In this document: positions 20,892-29,552 of the stretch, piece by piece
Position numbering within the stretch: position 1 is the first letter of the stretch
Layout: each line of letters begins with the position of its first letter
Source: Pelagibacterales bacterium SAG-MED31
Lineage (GTDB): Bacteria; Pseudomonadota; Alphaproteobacteria; HIMB59; GCA-002718135
Assembly (NCBI GenBank): GCA_014653715.1
Contig: JACWEB010000003.1
Span: forward strand, 1-61,716
Direction: 5' to 3'
DNA length: 61,716 bases
Position numbers and translations under genes: made by a program
The notes under the pieces: generated by a model
Database searches by the model: none
Seen by the model: only the letters and a program-made list of their open reading frames with translations
Told to the model about the DNA's origin: nothing

Positions 20892-21464
20892 CTACTTAAA
20901 ATTTACTGCTTTCCTCAACAATACATCATTATATTTTTCACTTTTACTTAGTTGATTGTAAGCAGTAATAGTATTTAGGCAATGTAATTGAATAGTTGGT
21001 GGCATACCAATCTTCGCTAATTCTTGGGAACTTTTTTGTTTAAAAGTTTTATTAAAGAGATTTACACTATTTGATTTCAGGAAACCTGTTAACGTTGTTG
21101 CAGATACTGCAAAATTTACATTCTCTGGAATATAAGGTGATTCTTCATCAAGTAACATTTTAACTTTATTAAGCCCAGACGAAGCAACACCAACTACCTG
21201 ACCATTATAATTTAAGACTGGACCACCACTATAACCTGGTTGGATAGCAGCATCTATTTGTATCAGAGATATATCATTATTTGGGCCACTTAATGAACTC
21301 ACAATTCCTCTAGTAAGCTTAACACTAGAGCTTAAATTTTCTGCTAAGGGAAAGCCAAAAGCCATAATATCTTGACCAAATTCTGCTCCAGAAGGATTTA
21401 TAATGATCGATATCTTACATCTCCCAACACGTGATATTATTTTAAATCCAATACTTTTTACCAC
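20892..21464 (-). pseudogene. Truncated trypsin-like (S1C/HtrA-type) serine protease, C-terminal half only
   Basis: GQDIMAFGFPL, TRGIVS, IQIDAAIQPGYSGGPVL, GQVVGV present; no in-frame catalytic His or Asp motif, no signal peptide, no convincing start codon. Confidence 0.7.
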
Positions 21465-24400
21465 TTAGTTAACACTTGATCTTCGATGCCATTTAGTTGA
21501 GGTGTTTGGTTTGCTTGTCTTGATACGTTTTTGTTGATGAATGCAAAAAGCTCTCCATTTGTAATTTTATTATCACTATTTGCATCTGCCTCCCCTTCTA
21601 GTCCCTTCATCATGTAATACGAGAATAAACCATGCTCAGCCTCTTTTAATACCTTTGCGGTTTCTGTATTTGAAGATGCACTAAATATTGTAAAATTTGA
21701 TGGTATATCTTGCTCTTGAGCATCGATAAAGATAGGTCTTGCTGCAACCAAGAGTTCTTCGGTACGTGAAGCTCCACTATAACAAGTATCTAAGAAAACG
21801 GTGACATGCTTTGGGTTTAGTTCTGCTATTTGATCAAATAATTGATTACGCATTAAAGATGTTAATTCTAGTAATTCTGGATCACCATCGGTTGGAAGTA
21901 AAAATAAATCACTACCATCTTCTGAAGCTAATCCATGACCAGAAAAATAGACATATAAATGAGTTTCATTATCTCTAATAACTTTAGGAAGCCATTTTTT
22001 GACTACACCTAAGGTATCATTTCTCCCAGCATCATTATTAATTAAAAGCTTTATATTTTCCTTCGGCACTCCAAGAGAGGCGAAGGCAAAATCATTAAAA
22101 TAAAGTGCATCATTTTCAGCATATAATGCAGAGAATGTATTTTTATAATTCTCTACACCAATAATAAGCGCTGCTTTATTTGTGCTTATCTCACTTTTTA
22201 TTTTAGTTGGATTAAGACTATCAAGTTTCACTTGTTGAATAACTACTTTTTGACGTTTTAAGCTTACTATCTTAGAAGATTTATTTCCGTGAATATCAAT
22301 AGCCACAATTTCTACATCTTGTCCTTTTGGTTTCACAAAAAATTCTTTTTTGAAATTTGAATTGTTAATGGAAACTTCATATCCATCAATAGTTAGACTA
22401 GCAATTTCACTCTCATCATTAATACTTCCAGATATCTCTGCCATTAATTGACTATTAGACTCAAACTCTTCACTTACTATTATGTTTGGACTTGAACCAT
22501 CCTCTGAAACTTGAATACTAAGATTAGTCTCAGTAACTTCTGTTGCTTTTGTTTTATTAGGTTTAGTTTTTACAATATTAGTTTCTTCTATGTTATTGCC
22601 ATCTGTTATTTTTTTAAGAATAAAATTACCTTTTACACTTACCTCAAAAATATTATTACCTAAAGAAGAGTATCTACATTTAATTCCATCAGAAGTTTCT
22701 AAAACATTTCCATCAGAAAATTCTAAAAACTCAGAATGAATTATTTGAATTTTTTCACTACCTCCAGCTTCTTTTTTTACTTTATCAAACAATGATGTTT
22801 TTGCTAATTCACAAGCCTCACCAAAGGTAGTATTCCCTCCAATCTGCACATCCATAGTAATATCATTTATTGTTATTTCTCTTGCTTCCTCTTCCTTCTT
22901 CTTTGCTTCTGCTATACGTTTTTCTTCTTCCTCTTTTGCTTTTTGCTTTTCTTTTGCAATTTGTTCTTCTTTTTGTTTTTTGAATAATGCCTTATCTCCA
23001 ACAATTGCATATCTAAATAATGGTTCATTGTTCATTCTAATTGGAACATCAACATTACTTTTAGATGCTTGGTTAATAACTTGATGATGTAATGGTAAAT
23101 AAGTTACATTATCTTGAGTAATATCCCAAGCTTCTGCAATCATAGCATTTCTTTTTTTCATATTTGTTTCCATACCCATGGACGCTACTAACTCATCTAC
23201 TCTAGCATTACTGAAATTTACTTTATTCCAACTGCCAGAACTTTCAAATAGGTAGGAGTACACATAATGACTATCGTATGTTGGAACACCCCAACCTATC
23301 ATGTACATATCACTATAGCCATTTTTTACCTTACTGAAATGGAACGATTTGGTTTCCCCATCAGGCTTAACTTTCACTCCAATTTTTGCAAACATATCAA
23401 CAACAGCCAAGCAAATTGCTCCATCATTAATATAACGATCAGTAGGACAATCAAGAGTAACACTGAAACCATTTGGATAACCTGCCTCTGCCAATAGTTT
23501 TTTTGACAGTTCTGGATCATAAGGAAGTCTTTGATCTCTATCTGTAGTATAACCTTGAACACCAGGTGGAATAATAATACCTGCAGGAGCACTTTGTCCT
23601 CTCATTATCTTGTCTCTAATAGTATCCATATCTAAAGCATGGTACATTGCTAGACGAACTCTTTTATCAGCAAAAGGATTTTTTCCTTTAATGTTAGAAG
23701 AATTTAATTCAGCCGAACCTTGATCCATACCAAAAAATATTGTTCTATTTTGAGGAGTCATTTTTACATCGTGCGAAGAAGAAGATTTAATTCTTTCTAT
23801 ATCATGAACTGGAACAACATTGGTGTAATCGATTTCTCCAGATAAAAGTGCTGCAACTCTGGTTGCATCATTTTTAATAGGAAGTAACTCAACTTTATCT
23901 ACATTGAATGTACTTTCTTCACCCCACCAATTATCATTCTTTTCGAAGACAGTTCTTACGTCTTGTTCTCTAAATGTAATTTTGAAAGGTCCAGTACCGT
24001 TTGCATTGGAAGCACAATAAGATGTTTCTCTTGCATTCCAATTATATGAAACTTCACAACCATTTGCTTTTGCCCAAGCTTCAGACATAACAAAAATTTG
24101 AGTTAATTGGTTTAAAAGAATTGGATTTGGTCCATTAGTGTTAATTGCAACTTTATAATCATCAATAAATTTTATAGATTTAATACCCTTTAATAAATTT
24201 ACCATATCAGATGGGGCAGTTTTGGCTCTATTGATACTAAAAACTATATCTTTTGCAGTTAGAGCTCTTCCATCATGAAAATAAACTCCTTTACGAATAT
24301 TAAATATCCAAGTGTTAGAATTTATTATTTCCCATGATACTGCAAGCTGAGGAAGTATTTCCATGTTAATACCTTGAGTAACTAATCCTTCATATACTTG

Positions 24401-24556
24401 TCGAGAAACCATATGAGTTGGTCCTTCATTTTGTGCATGTGGATCTAAAGTTAATGAGTCATCTGGCATTGACCATCTGATCGTATTAGATAAAACTGAT
24501 GAACAAAAAATAATTATAAAAAATGATACTGAAAATTTTATAACATATTTACTCAT
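21458..24556 (-). CDS. Fusion protein: family-5 ABC substrate-binding domain + charged linker + unknown domain + Ig-like domain + caspase-like peptidase C14
   Basis: aa ~27-517 align by eye with 11677..13251 (about 80% identity); aa ~793-1032 carry AALIIGVENY, YFSGHG (His874), FLDTCYSG (Cys925), HGLFSYY, ADANSDNKIT, QTPQ. Confidence 0.9.
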   Translation of the reverse strand: MSKYVIKFSVSFFIIIFCSSVLSNTIRWSMPDDSLTLDPHAQNEGPTHMVSRQVYEGLVTQGINMEILPQLAVSWEIINSNTWIFNIRKGVYFHDGRALTAKDIVFSINRAKTAPSDMVNLLKGIKSIKFIDDYKVAINTNGPNPILLNQLTQIFVMSEAWAKANGCEVSYNWNARETSYCASNANGTGPFKITFREQDVRTVFEKNDNWWGEESTFNVDKVELLPIKNDATRVAALLSGEIDYTNVVPVHDIERIKSSSSHDVKMTPQNRTIFFGMDQGSAELNSSNIKGKNPFADKRVRLAMYHALDMDTIRDKIMRGQSAPAGIIIPPGVQGYTTDRDQRLPYDPELSKKLLAEAGYPNGFSVTLDCPTDRYINDGAICLAVVDMFAKIGVKVKPDGETKSFHFSKVKNGYSDMYMIGWGVPTYDSHYVYSYLFESSGSWNKVNFSNARVDELVASMGMETNMKKRNAMIAEAWDITQDNVTYLPLHHQVINQASKSNVDVPIRMNNEPLFRYAIVGDKALFKKQKEEQIAKEKQKAKEEEEKRIAEAKKKEEEAREITINDITMDVQIGGNTTFGEACELAKTSLFDKVKKEAGGSEKIQIIHSEFLEFSDGNVLETSDGIKCRYSSLGNNIFEVSVKGNFILKKITDGNNIEETNIVKTKPNKTKATEVTETNLSIQVSEDGSSPNIIVSEEFESNSQLMAEISGSINDESEIASLTIDGYEVSINNSNFKKEFFVKPKGQDVEIVAIDIHGNKSSKIVSLKRQKVVIQQVKLDSLNPTKIKSEISTNKAALIIGVENYKNTFSALYAENDALYFNDFAFASLGVPKENIKLLINNDAGRNDTLGVVKKWLPKVIRDNETHLYVYFSGHGLASEDGSDLFLLPTDGDPELLELTSLMRNQLFDQIAELNPKHVTVFLDTCYSGASRTEELLVAARPIFIDAQEQDIPSNFTIFSASSNTETAKVLKEAEHGLFSYYMMKGLEGEADANSDNKITNGELFAFINKNVSRQANQTPQLNGIEDQVLTKW
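23012..24480 (-). repeat. Diverged ~1.5 kb inverted copy of the substrate-binding protein gene (partner at ~11750-13232)
   Basis: Collinear protein match; exact DNA tracts such as 13090-13134 = reverse complement of 23111-23155 (45 bp) and 13195-13232 = reverse complement of 23013-23050 (38 bp). Confidence 0.93.
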
Positions 24557-24693
24557 TTAATAATTATATCATTTAAAATGAAATATTCTGATATAAAATT
24601 TTAAAAAATAAATATAATCTTATATAAAATGTTAGTAAAATACTTAAAATCAAATAAAGTAACTTTTTTTCAATTTTTAAATAAGTTTCATAA

Positions 24694-25629
24694 TTAATTA
24701 ATAAATAAAAAAATTAAAATAGATAAAGTAAAAAAACTAATAAAAGTACTCAATACAATATTTGACGAAATTAGATCTTTTTGTGCATTATATCTATAGG
24801 CAAAGTAATAAGATTGCGAACCACTTGGTAGGGCTGATGCGATAGTTATAGTTACTACTAATAAATCTTCTAGGTTAAAAATATATTTTGCAATTATAAA
24901 ACCTATCACAGGGTGAATGATATTTTTTAAAAAAGTAAAAATTATTGATTTTTTAAATGATAATATTAAATTAAATTTTGCTAGAGAAATTCCTAAAGAT
25001 AAAAGAACGCAAGGTAAGGCAATGACTGAAACACTATTTAAAATATTCATCAATATATCAGGTTGCATAATTTTAGTATAATTGAAAAATATTCCTATAA
25101 AAATGCCTACGAGTACAATATTTTTAAATAACCCAGTTATTGTTGATAAAATCTTTTTGCTTAAGTTAAGACTTCTATTTCTATACGACTCTATTATTAT
25201 GGTGGTGTATGTGAAATGAACAAATCCATGAAATAATACAAGTATCATATATGGCATAACATTAGCTGTCCCCAAAAGGGAATGCATGAGGGGTATTCCG
25301 AGAGCAACAGAATTTCCAAAACAAGCAGAAAGACCTAAAAGTGCATTATCATCAGTTTTGTACTTAAATAATAAATTGCCAACTTGAAAACCAATTATGA
25401 AAACTAGAATTCCGCTACCAAAAAATGAAACTAATAATAAAACGGTATTTATTCTTGGAAATTCTATTTGCCAAAAATAAGTTATTAAAGCTAATGGGAG
25501 TAGAATATTGAAACTCAAATAATCAAATTTAGAGGTGATTTTTTCAGATACATTGATAAATTTTTTTATTATGAAACCTATAATAACATAACCAAATACT
25601 GAAAATATAATATAAATTAAGCTATTCAT
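24694..25629 (-). CDS. AEC (auxin efflux carrier) family transporter
   Basis: ILLPLAL, FGNSVALGIP, LLSLG, KNIIHP, ALPSG; ~10 TM helices. Confidence 0.85.
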   Translation of the reverse strand: MNSLIYIIFSVFGYVIIGFIIKKFINVSEKITSKFDYLSFNILLPLALITYFWQIEFPRINTVLLLVSFFGSGILVFIIGFQVGNLLFKYKTDDNALLGLSACFGNSVALGIPLMHSLLGTANVMPYMILVLFHGFVHFTYTTIIIESYRNRSLNLSKKILSTITGLFKNIVLVGIFIGIFFNYTKIMQPDILMNILNSVSVIALPCVLLSLGISLAKFNLILSFKKSIIFTFLKNIIHPVIGFIIAKYIFNLEDLLVVTITIASALPSGSQSYYFAYRYNAQKDLISSNIVLSTFISFFTLSILIFLFIN

Positions 25630-26473
25630 TAGTTAAGAGATTTTGAAAAACATCTTCAAAATTACCACTTAAAATTTGATTAATATCATTGATATTAAAA
25701 CTCATATCTATTGATTTATCCGAAGATAAAACTTGTATTTCAGGATTATCTAAATTTCCTAAGGAATTAATTTCGAAGATCTTTTCTTTTTCAATTTCTA
25801 CAATTGCTTGAATATTTGCAAAGTTGTTTTTCAAATTATATTTTCCAGCTATTTCAATATTATATTCCTTATTTAATACCTTAAAGTAATCAATATAAAT
25901 ATATTCATCATCATAAATAATTTTACTATTGAAAGAAGATTTATCATTTAGGTAATTATAAAGTACATTTGATAATTGTTTATAAGTTTTAGGAATATTT
26001 AATTTTTGTATGATAATATTAACAAATTGTAATGATTGTTTATCCTCATCGTCTAAAGTAAACGATAAGTTTCCTTCGGGTAATAAAGTTAATTTTAATA
26101 AATTATTTAAATTATATTTATTAATTTCTCCTGACATAGATAAATTGTCAAGCAATACTCTATCAATTTTTAAATTTTTAGAATAAAAATTAAAAAAAGG
26201 TTTTTTAAAATTGTAATTTTTCTGAATAAATATTTCTCCATCTTCAAGAAATAATTTATTATTAATTTTTTCTAAATTAAAATTTACCAAAAGTGAAAGA
26301 TTAGGAATAATTTTTAATTGGTGGATTTCTTTCAAACTAATATTTACATTAAAGTTTTCTTCTAAATTTTTTATATATTTATTTACGTAAATTTTATCAA
26401 CTAGATAAAAGACGAAAAAAAATATACAAATTATAAGAACTATAAGAAGTAAAAATATTTTTTTTATCATCAA
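25622..26473 (-). CDS. Hypothetical membrane-anchored beta-rich protein (possibly AsmA-like)
   Basis: N-terminal TM; C-terminal IAGKYNL...GNLDNPEI resembles AsmA-family C-termini. Confidence 0.45.
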   Translation of the reverse strand: MMIKKIFLLLIVLIICIFFFVFYLVDKIYVNKYIKNLEENFNVNISLKEIHQLKIIPNLSLLVNFNLEKINNKLFLEDGEIFIQKNYNFKKPFFNFYSKNLKIDRVLLDNLSMSGEINKYNLNNLLKLTLLPEGNLSFTLDDEDKQSLQFVNIIIQKLNIPKTYKQLSNVLYNYLNDKSSFNSKIIYDDEYIYIDYFKVLNKEYNIEIAGKYNLKNNFANIQAIVEIEKEKIFEINSLGNLDNPEIQVLSSDKSIDMSFNINDINQILSGNFEDVFQNLLTNE

Positions 26474-26474
26474 A

Positions 26475-27500
26475 TTAATTTTTACTGGAATGTATACTAT
26501 TTTGTAATTTTAGTTCATTATCTATGGGATCATTTAATAAGCTACTTAATTCATTATTATTTATTTCATCAATAGTTTTTGGTTGCCATTTTGGGTTATG
26601 ATGTTTTTCAATTAAAACTGCTTCTATTCCCTCTCCAAAATCATGACGATTAGTCATTTTTTGACTTAACCTATACTCTATTTCTAGACAATTTTTAAGA
26701 GATCTGTTGTTTGAGTTTTTTATCAATAATGTTGTTACTGCTAAACTCATAGGGCATTTTTTTTGAAGCTTTTCCAATACGCCATCTTGATTATTAACAT
26801 TTTGAATATTATTAAAAATTTCATGAATATCTCCTGAAAAATTCTTATCTATGAAATCTAATTTTTCATCAGTAAAAAAAGAAGAATTGTCTATTTCATA
26901 ATTAGTAATTGATCCATCAATTATAAACTGGCTAATCAAATCATTTATTTTGTTCTCTGGGCAATAATGAGTTGCTAAATTAAAATTAATTAAATCTTTC
27001 CCTTGAACAATTTCACCGGTCAGACCTAAATACTTTCCAAGATTATTTTCCATTCTTGATAGAAAAAAACTTCCACCAACATCTGGGAAAAAACCTATAG
27101 AAGTCTCAGGCATTGCAAATTTAGTGCTGTCAGTTGCAATTCTATAATCACCATAAATTGATAACCCTACACCACCTCCCATTACAACTCCTTTCCAAAT
27201 TGATAAATAAGGCTTTGGAAAATTTTTAATTTGTAAATTAAGAGAATATTCTTTGGAAAAAAATTCACGTTTTAATTCTGAAAATGGACCTGAAAGATGA
27301 ACACTTTTTACATCTCCACCTGCACAGAAATGATTTCCCTCACCGAGTAAGATAACTCTTTCAACTGCATTATCATCTTCCCATTCTTTTAATTTCTTTG
27401 AAAGCTGTATAGCCATATTTAAGTTAAGAGCATTCAGTGCTTTTGGTCTACTTAAGGTAATGACTCCGGTAGAATTTTTTACTTCAAACAATATTTCCAT
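26475..27500 (-). CDS. 3-hydroxyisobutyryl-CoA hydrolase-like enoyl-CoA hydratase family protein
   Basis: SRPKALNAL, FCAGGDV, GVVMGGGVG, FAMPETSIGFFPDVG, DFGEGI. Confidence 0.9.
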   Translation of the reverse strand: MEILFEVKNSTGVITLSRPKALNALNLNMAIQLSKKLKEWEDDNAVERVILLGEGNHFCAGGDVKSVHLSGPFSELKREFFSKEYSLNLQIKNFPKPYLSIWKGVVMGGGVGLSIYGDYRIATDSTKFAMPETSIGFFPDVGGSFFLSRMENNLGKYLGLTGEIVQGKDLINFNLATHYCPENKINDLISQFIIDGSITNYEIDNSSFFTDEKLDFIDKNFSGDIHEIFNNIQNVNNQDGVLEKLQKKCPMSLAVTTLLIKNSNNRSLKNCLEIEYRLSQKMTNRHDFGEGIEAVLIEKHHNPKWQPKTIDEINNNELSSLLNDPIDNELKLQNSIHSSKN

Positions 27501-29552
27501 TTATTTTCTTTTGAATTTCAAAATTTTATCTGATAATCCAACTTCTTTTGCCTTAAGTCTGTTTATTTCATCACGTATTCTTGCAGCATCTTCAAATTCT
27601 AGTTTAGATGCAAACATATTCATCTTATCTTCAAGATGTTTTATATGTTTGCTAAGATCCTTCCCAACTAATTCTTTTGCGTTTTCAATTTCAACAGTTA
27701 CATGATCTTGCTCAGCAGTATTTTCTAAAATTACTTCAATATTTTTTTTAATACTAATAGGTGTTATATTGTTTTCCTTATTATATTGGAGCTGTTTTTC
27801 TCTTCTTCTTTCTGTTTCATGTATTGCTGCTTTCATACTTTTTGTAACTGTATCTGCATACATTATTACCTTGCTATCTACATTTCTTGCCGCTCTTCCA
27901 ATTGTTTGAATTAAACTTGTTTTAGATCGAAGGTAACCTTCTTTATCAGCATCTAGTATCGCCATAAGTGCACATTCCGGAATATCTAGACCCTCTCGCA
28001 AAAGATTAATGCCAATTAATATATCAAAAACTCCTAATCTAAGATCTCTTATAATTTCTATTCGTTCAAGAGTATCAATATCAGAGTGGAGATATCTCAC
28101 TTTAAGTCCTTCTTCGTGCATATATTCAGTTAAGTCTTCTGACATTTTCTTTGTTAATGTTGTTATTATAACTCTATATCCATTTGAAATTGTTGATTTA
28201 CATTCATCAATCAAGTTATCTATTTGATGTTTAGTTGGTCGTATCTCAATTGGTGGATCAATTAGTCCAGTAGGTCGGATAACTTGCTCAACAAACACTC
28301 CTCCAGTTTTTTCTAATTCATAATCACTAGGTGTTGCGCTAACGAATATTGTTTGAGGTCTCATTGCATCCCATTCTTCTCTTTTAAGTGGTCTATTGTC
28401 AAGACAGCTAGGAAGCCTAAACCCGTATTGTGATAAGGTAGATTTTCTTGAAAAATCACCTTTATACATTCCTGATATTTGACTGCATGTTATGTGGCTT
28501 TCATCAATAAATAAAAGTGAATCCTCAGGAATATATTCATATAATGTTGGAGGAGGCTCGCCTGGTTGTCTTCCTGATAAGTATCTTGAATAATTTTCAA
28601 TACCACTACAACTGCCTGTTGTTTCTATCATTTCTAAATCAAATGTAGTTCGCTCATCAAGACGTTGTCGTTCTAACAATTTTTTTTCTTTTTCAAAAAC
28701 ATCAAGTTGCTTTTTTAAATCTTCTTTTATTTGTACCAATGCTTTTTTTATTGTTGGCTTAGGAGTAACGTAGTGAGAGTTAGCAAATATACGTATTTGT
28801 TCAAGATCACCTAAATTTTCTCCAGTAAGAGGATCAATCTCGGATATTTTTTCGATATCATCTCCAAAAAATGAAATTTTCCAAGATCTATCTTCGTGAT
28901 GTGATGGAAAAATTTCTAATACATCTCCTTTAGCTCGAAAACTACCTCGCTTAAAATCCATATCTCTTCGTTTGTAGAGAAGTTCTACCAATCTTCTAAT
29001 AAGACTGTCCCTATTAATTGATTGATTTTTTTCAATAGTAAATGACATAGATGAATATGCTTCAACAGAACCAATTCCATAAATACATGACACTGAAGCT
29101 ACAATAATTGTATCTCTTCTCTCAACCAGTGATCTGGTGGCTGAGTGACGAAGCCTATCAATTTGTTCGTTGATAGAAGATTCTTTTTCAATAAAGGTGT
29201 CACTTCTAGGCACATAAGCCTCTGGTGTGTAGTAGTCATAATAGCTTACAAAATATTCAACAGCATTATTGGGAAATAGAGTTTTCATTTCTCCATATAG
29301 CTGGGCTGCCAAAGTTTTATTTGGCGCCATAATAAGAGTGGGTCGTTGCATCTGTTCAATAACTTTCGCCATTGTAAATGTTTTACCTGAGCCAGTTACT
29401 CCAAGAAGAACTTGTTCATTTTCATTATCATTTAAGTTTTTAACTAGAGTTTTTATTGCTGCAGGTTGATCACCACTAGGTGTAAAATCACTTACAATTT
29501 TAAATTTTTCATTAGATTTTGCTAATTGATTAATAGTATTAGGTAAATTCAT
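27501..29552 (-). CDS. uvrB: Excinuclease ABC subunit B
   Basis: GDQP, LLGVTGSGKT, SYYDYYTPEAY, DESH, INLLREGLD, QTIGRAAR, C-terminal UVR domain. Confidence 0.99.
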   Translation of the reverse strand: MNLPNTINQLAKSNEKFKIVSDFTPSGDQPAAIKTLVKNLNDNENEQVLLGVTGSGKTFTMAKVIEQMQRPTLIMAPNKTLAAQLYGEMKTLFPNNAVEYFVSYYDYYTPEAYVPRSDTFIEKESSINEQIDRLRHSATRSLVERRDTIIVASVSCIYGIGSVEAYSSMSFTIEKNQSINRDSLIRRLVELLYKRRDMDFKRGSFRAKGDVLEIFPSHHEDRSWKISFFGDDIEKISEIDPLTGENLGDLEQIRIFANSHYVTPKPTIKKALVQIKEDLKKQLDVFEKEKKLLERQRLDERTTFDLEMIETTGSCSGIENYSRYLSGRQPGEPPPTLYEYIPEDSLLFIDESHITCSQISGMYKGDFSRKSTLSQYGFRLPSCLDNRPLKREEWDAMRPQTIFVSATPSDYELEKTGGVFVEQVIRPTGLIDPPIEIRPTKHQIDNLIDECKSTISNGYRVIITTLTKKMSEDLTEYMHEEGLKVRYLHSDIDTLERIEIIRDLRLGVFDILIGINLLREGLDIPECALMAILDADKEGYLRSKTSLIQTIGRAARNVDSKVIMYADTVTKSMKAAIHETERRREKQLQYNKENNITPISIKKNIEVILENTAEQDHVTVEIENAKELVGKDLSKHIKHLEDKMNMFASKLEFEDAARIRDEINRLKAKEVGLSDKILKFKRK

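Noticed and set aside
21458-24556. Fusion gene as an assembly duplicate of 11677..13251
   Set aside because: The copies differ throughout by many synonymous changes, an indel and a different signal peptide, and the frame stays open across the junction. Read-level confirmation is still advisable.
20854-24693. Prophage, IS element or integron explanation for the cassette
   Set aside because: No integrase, transposase, attC-like site, tRNA target or phage gene is visible
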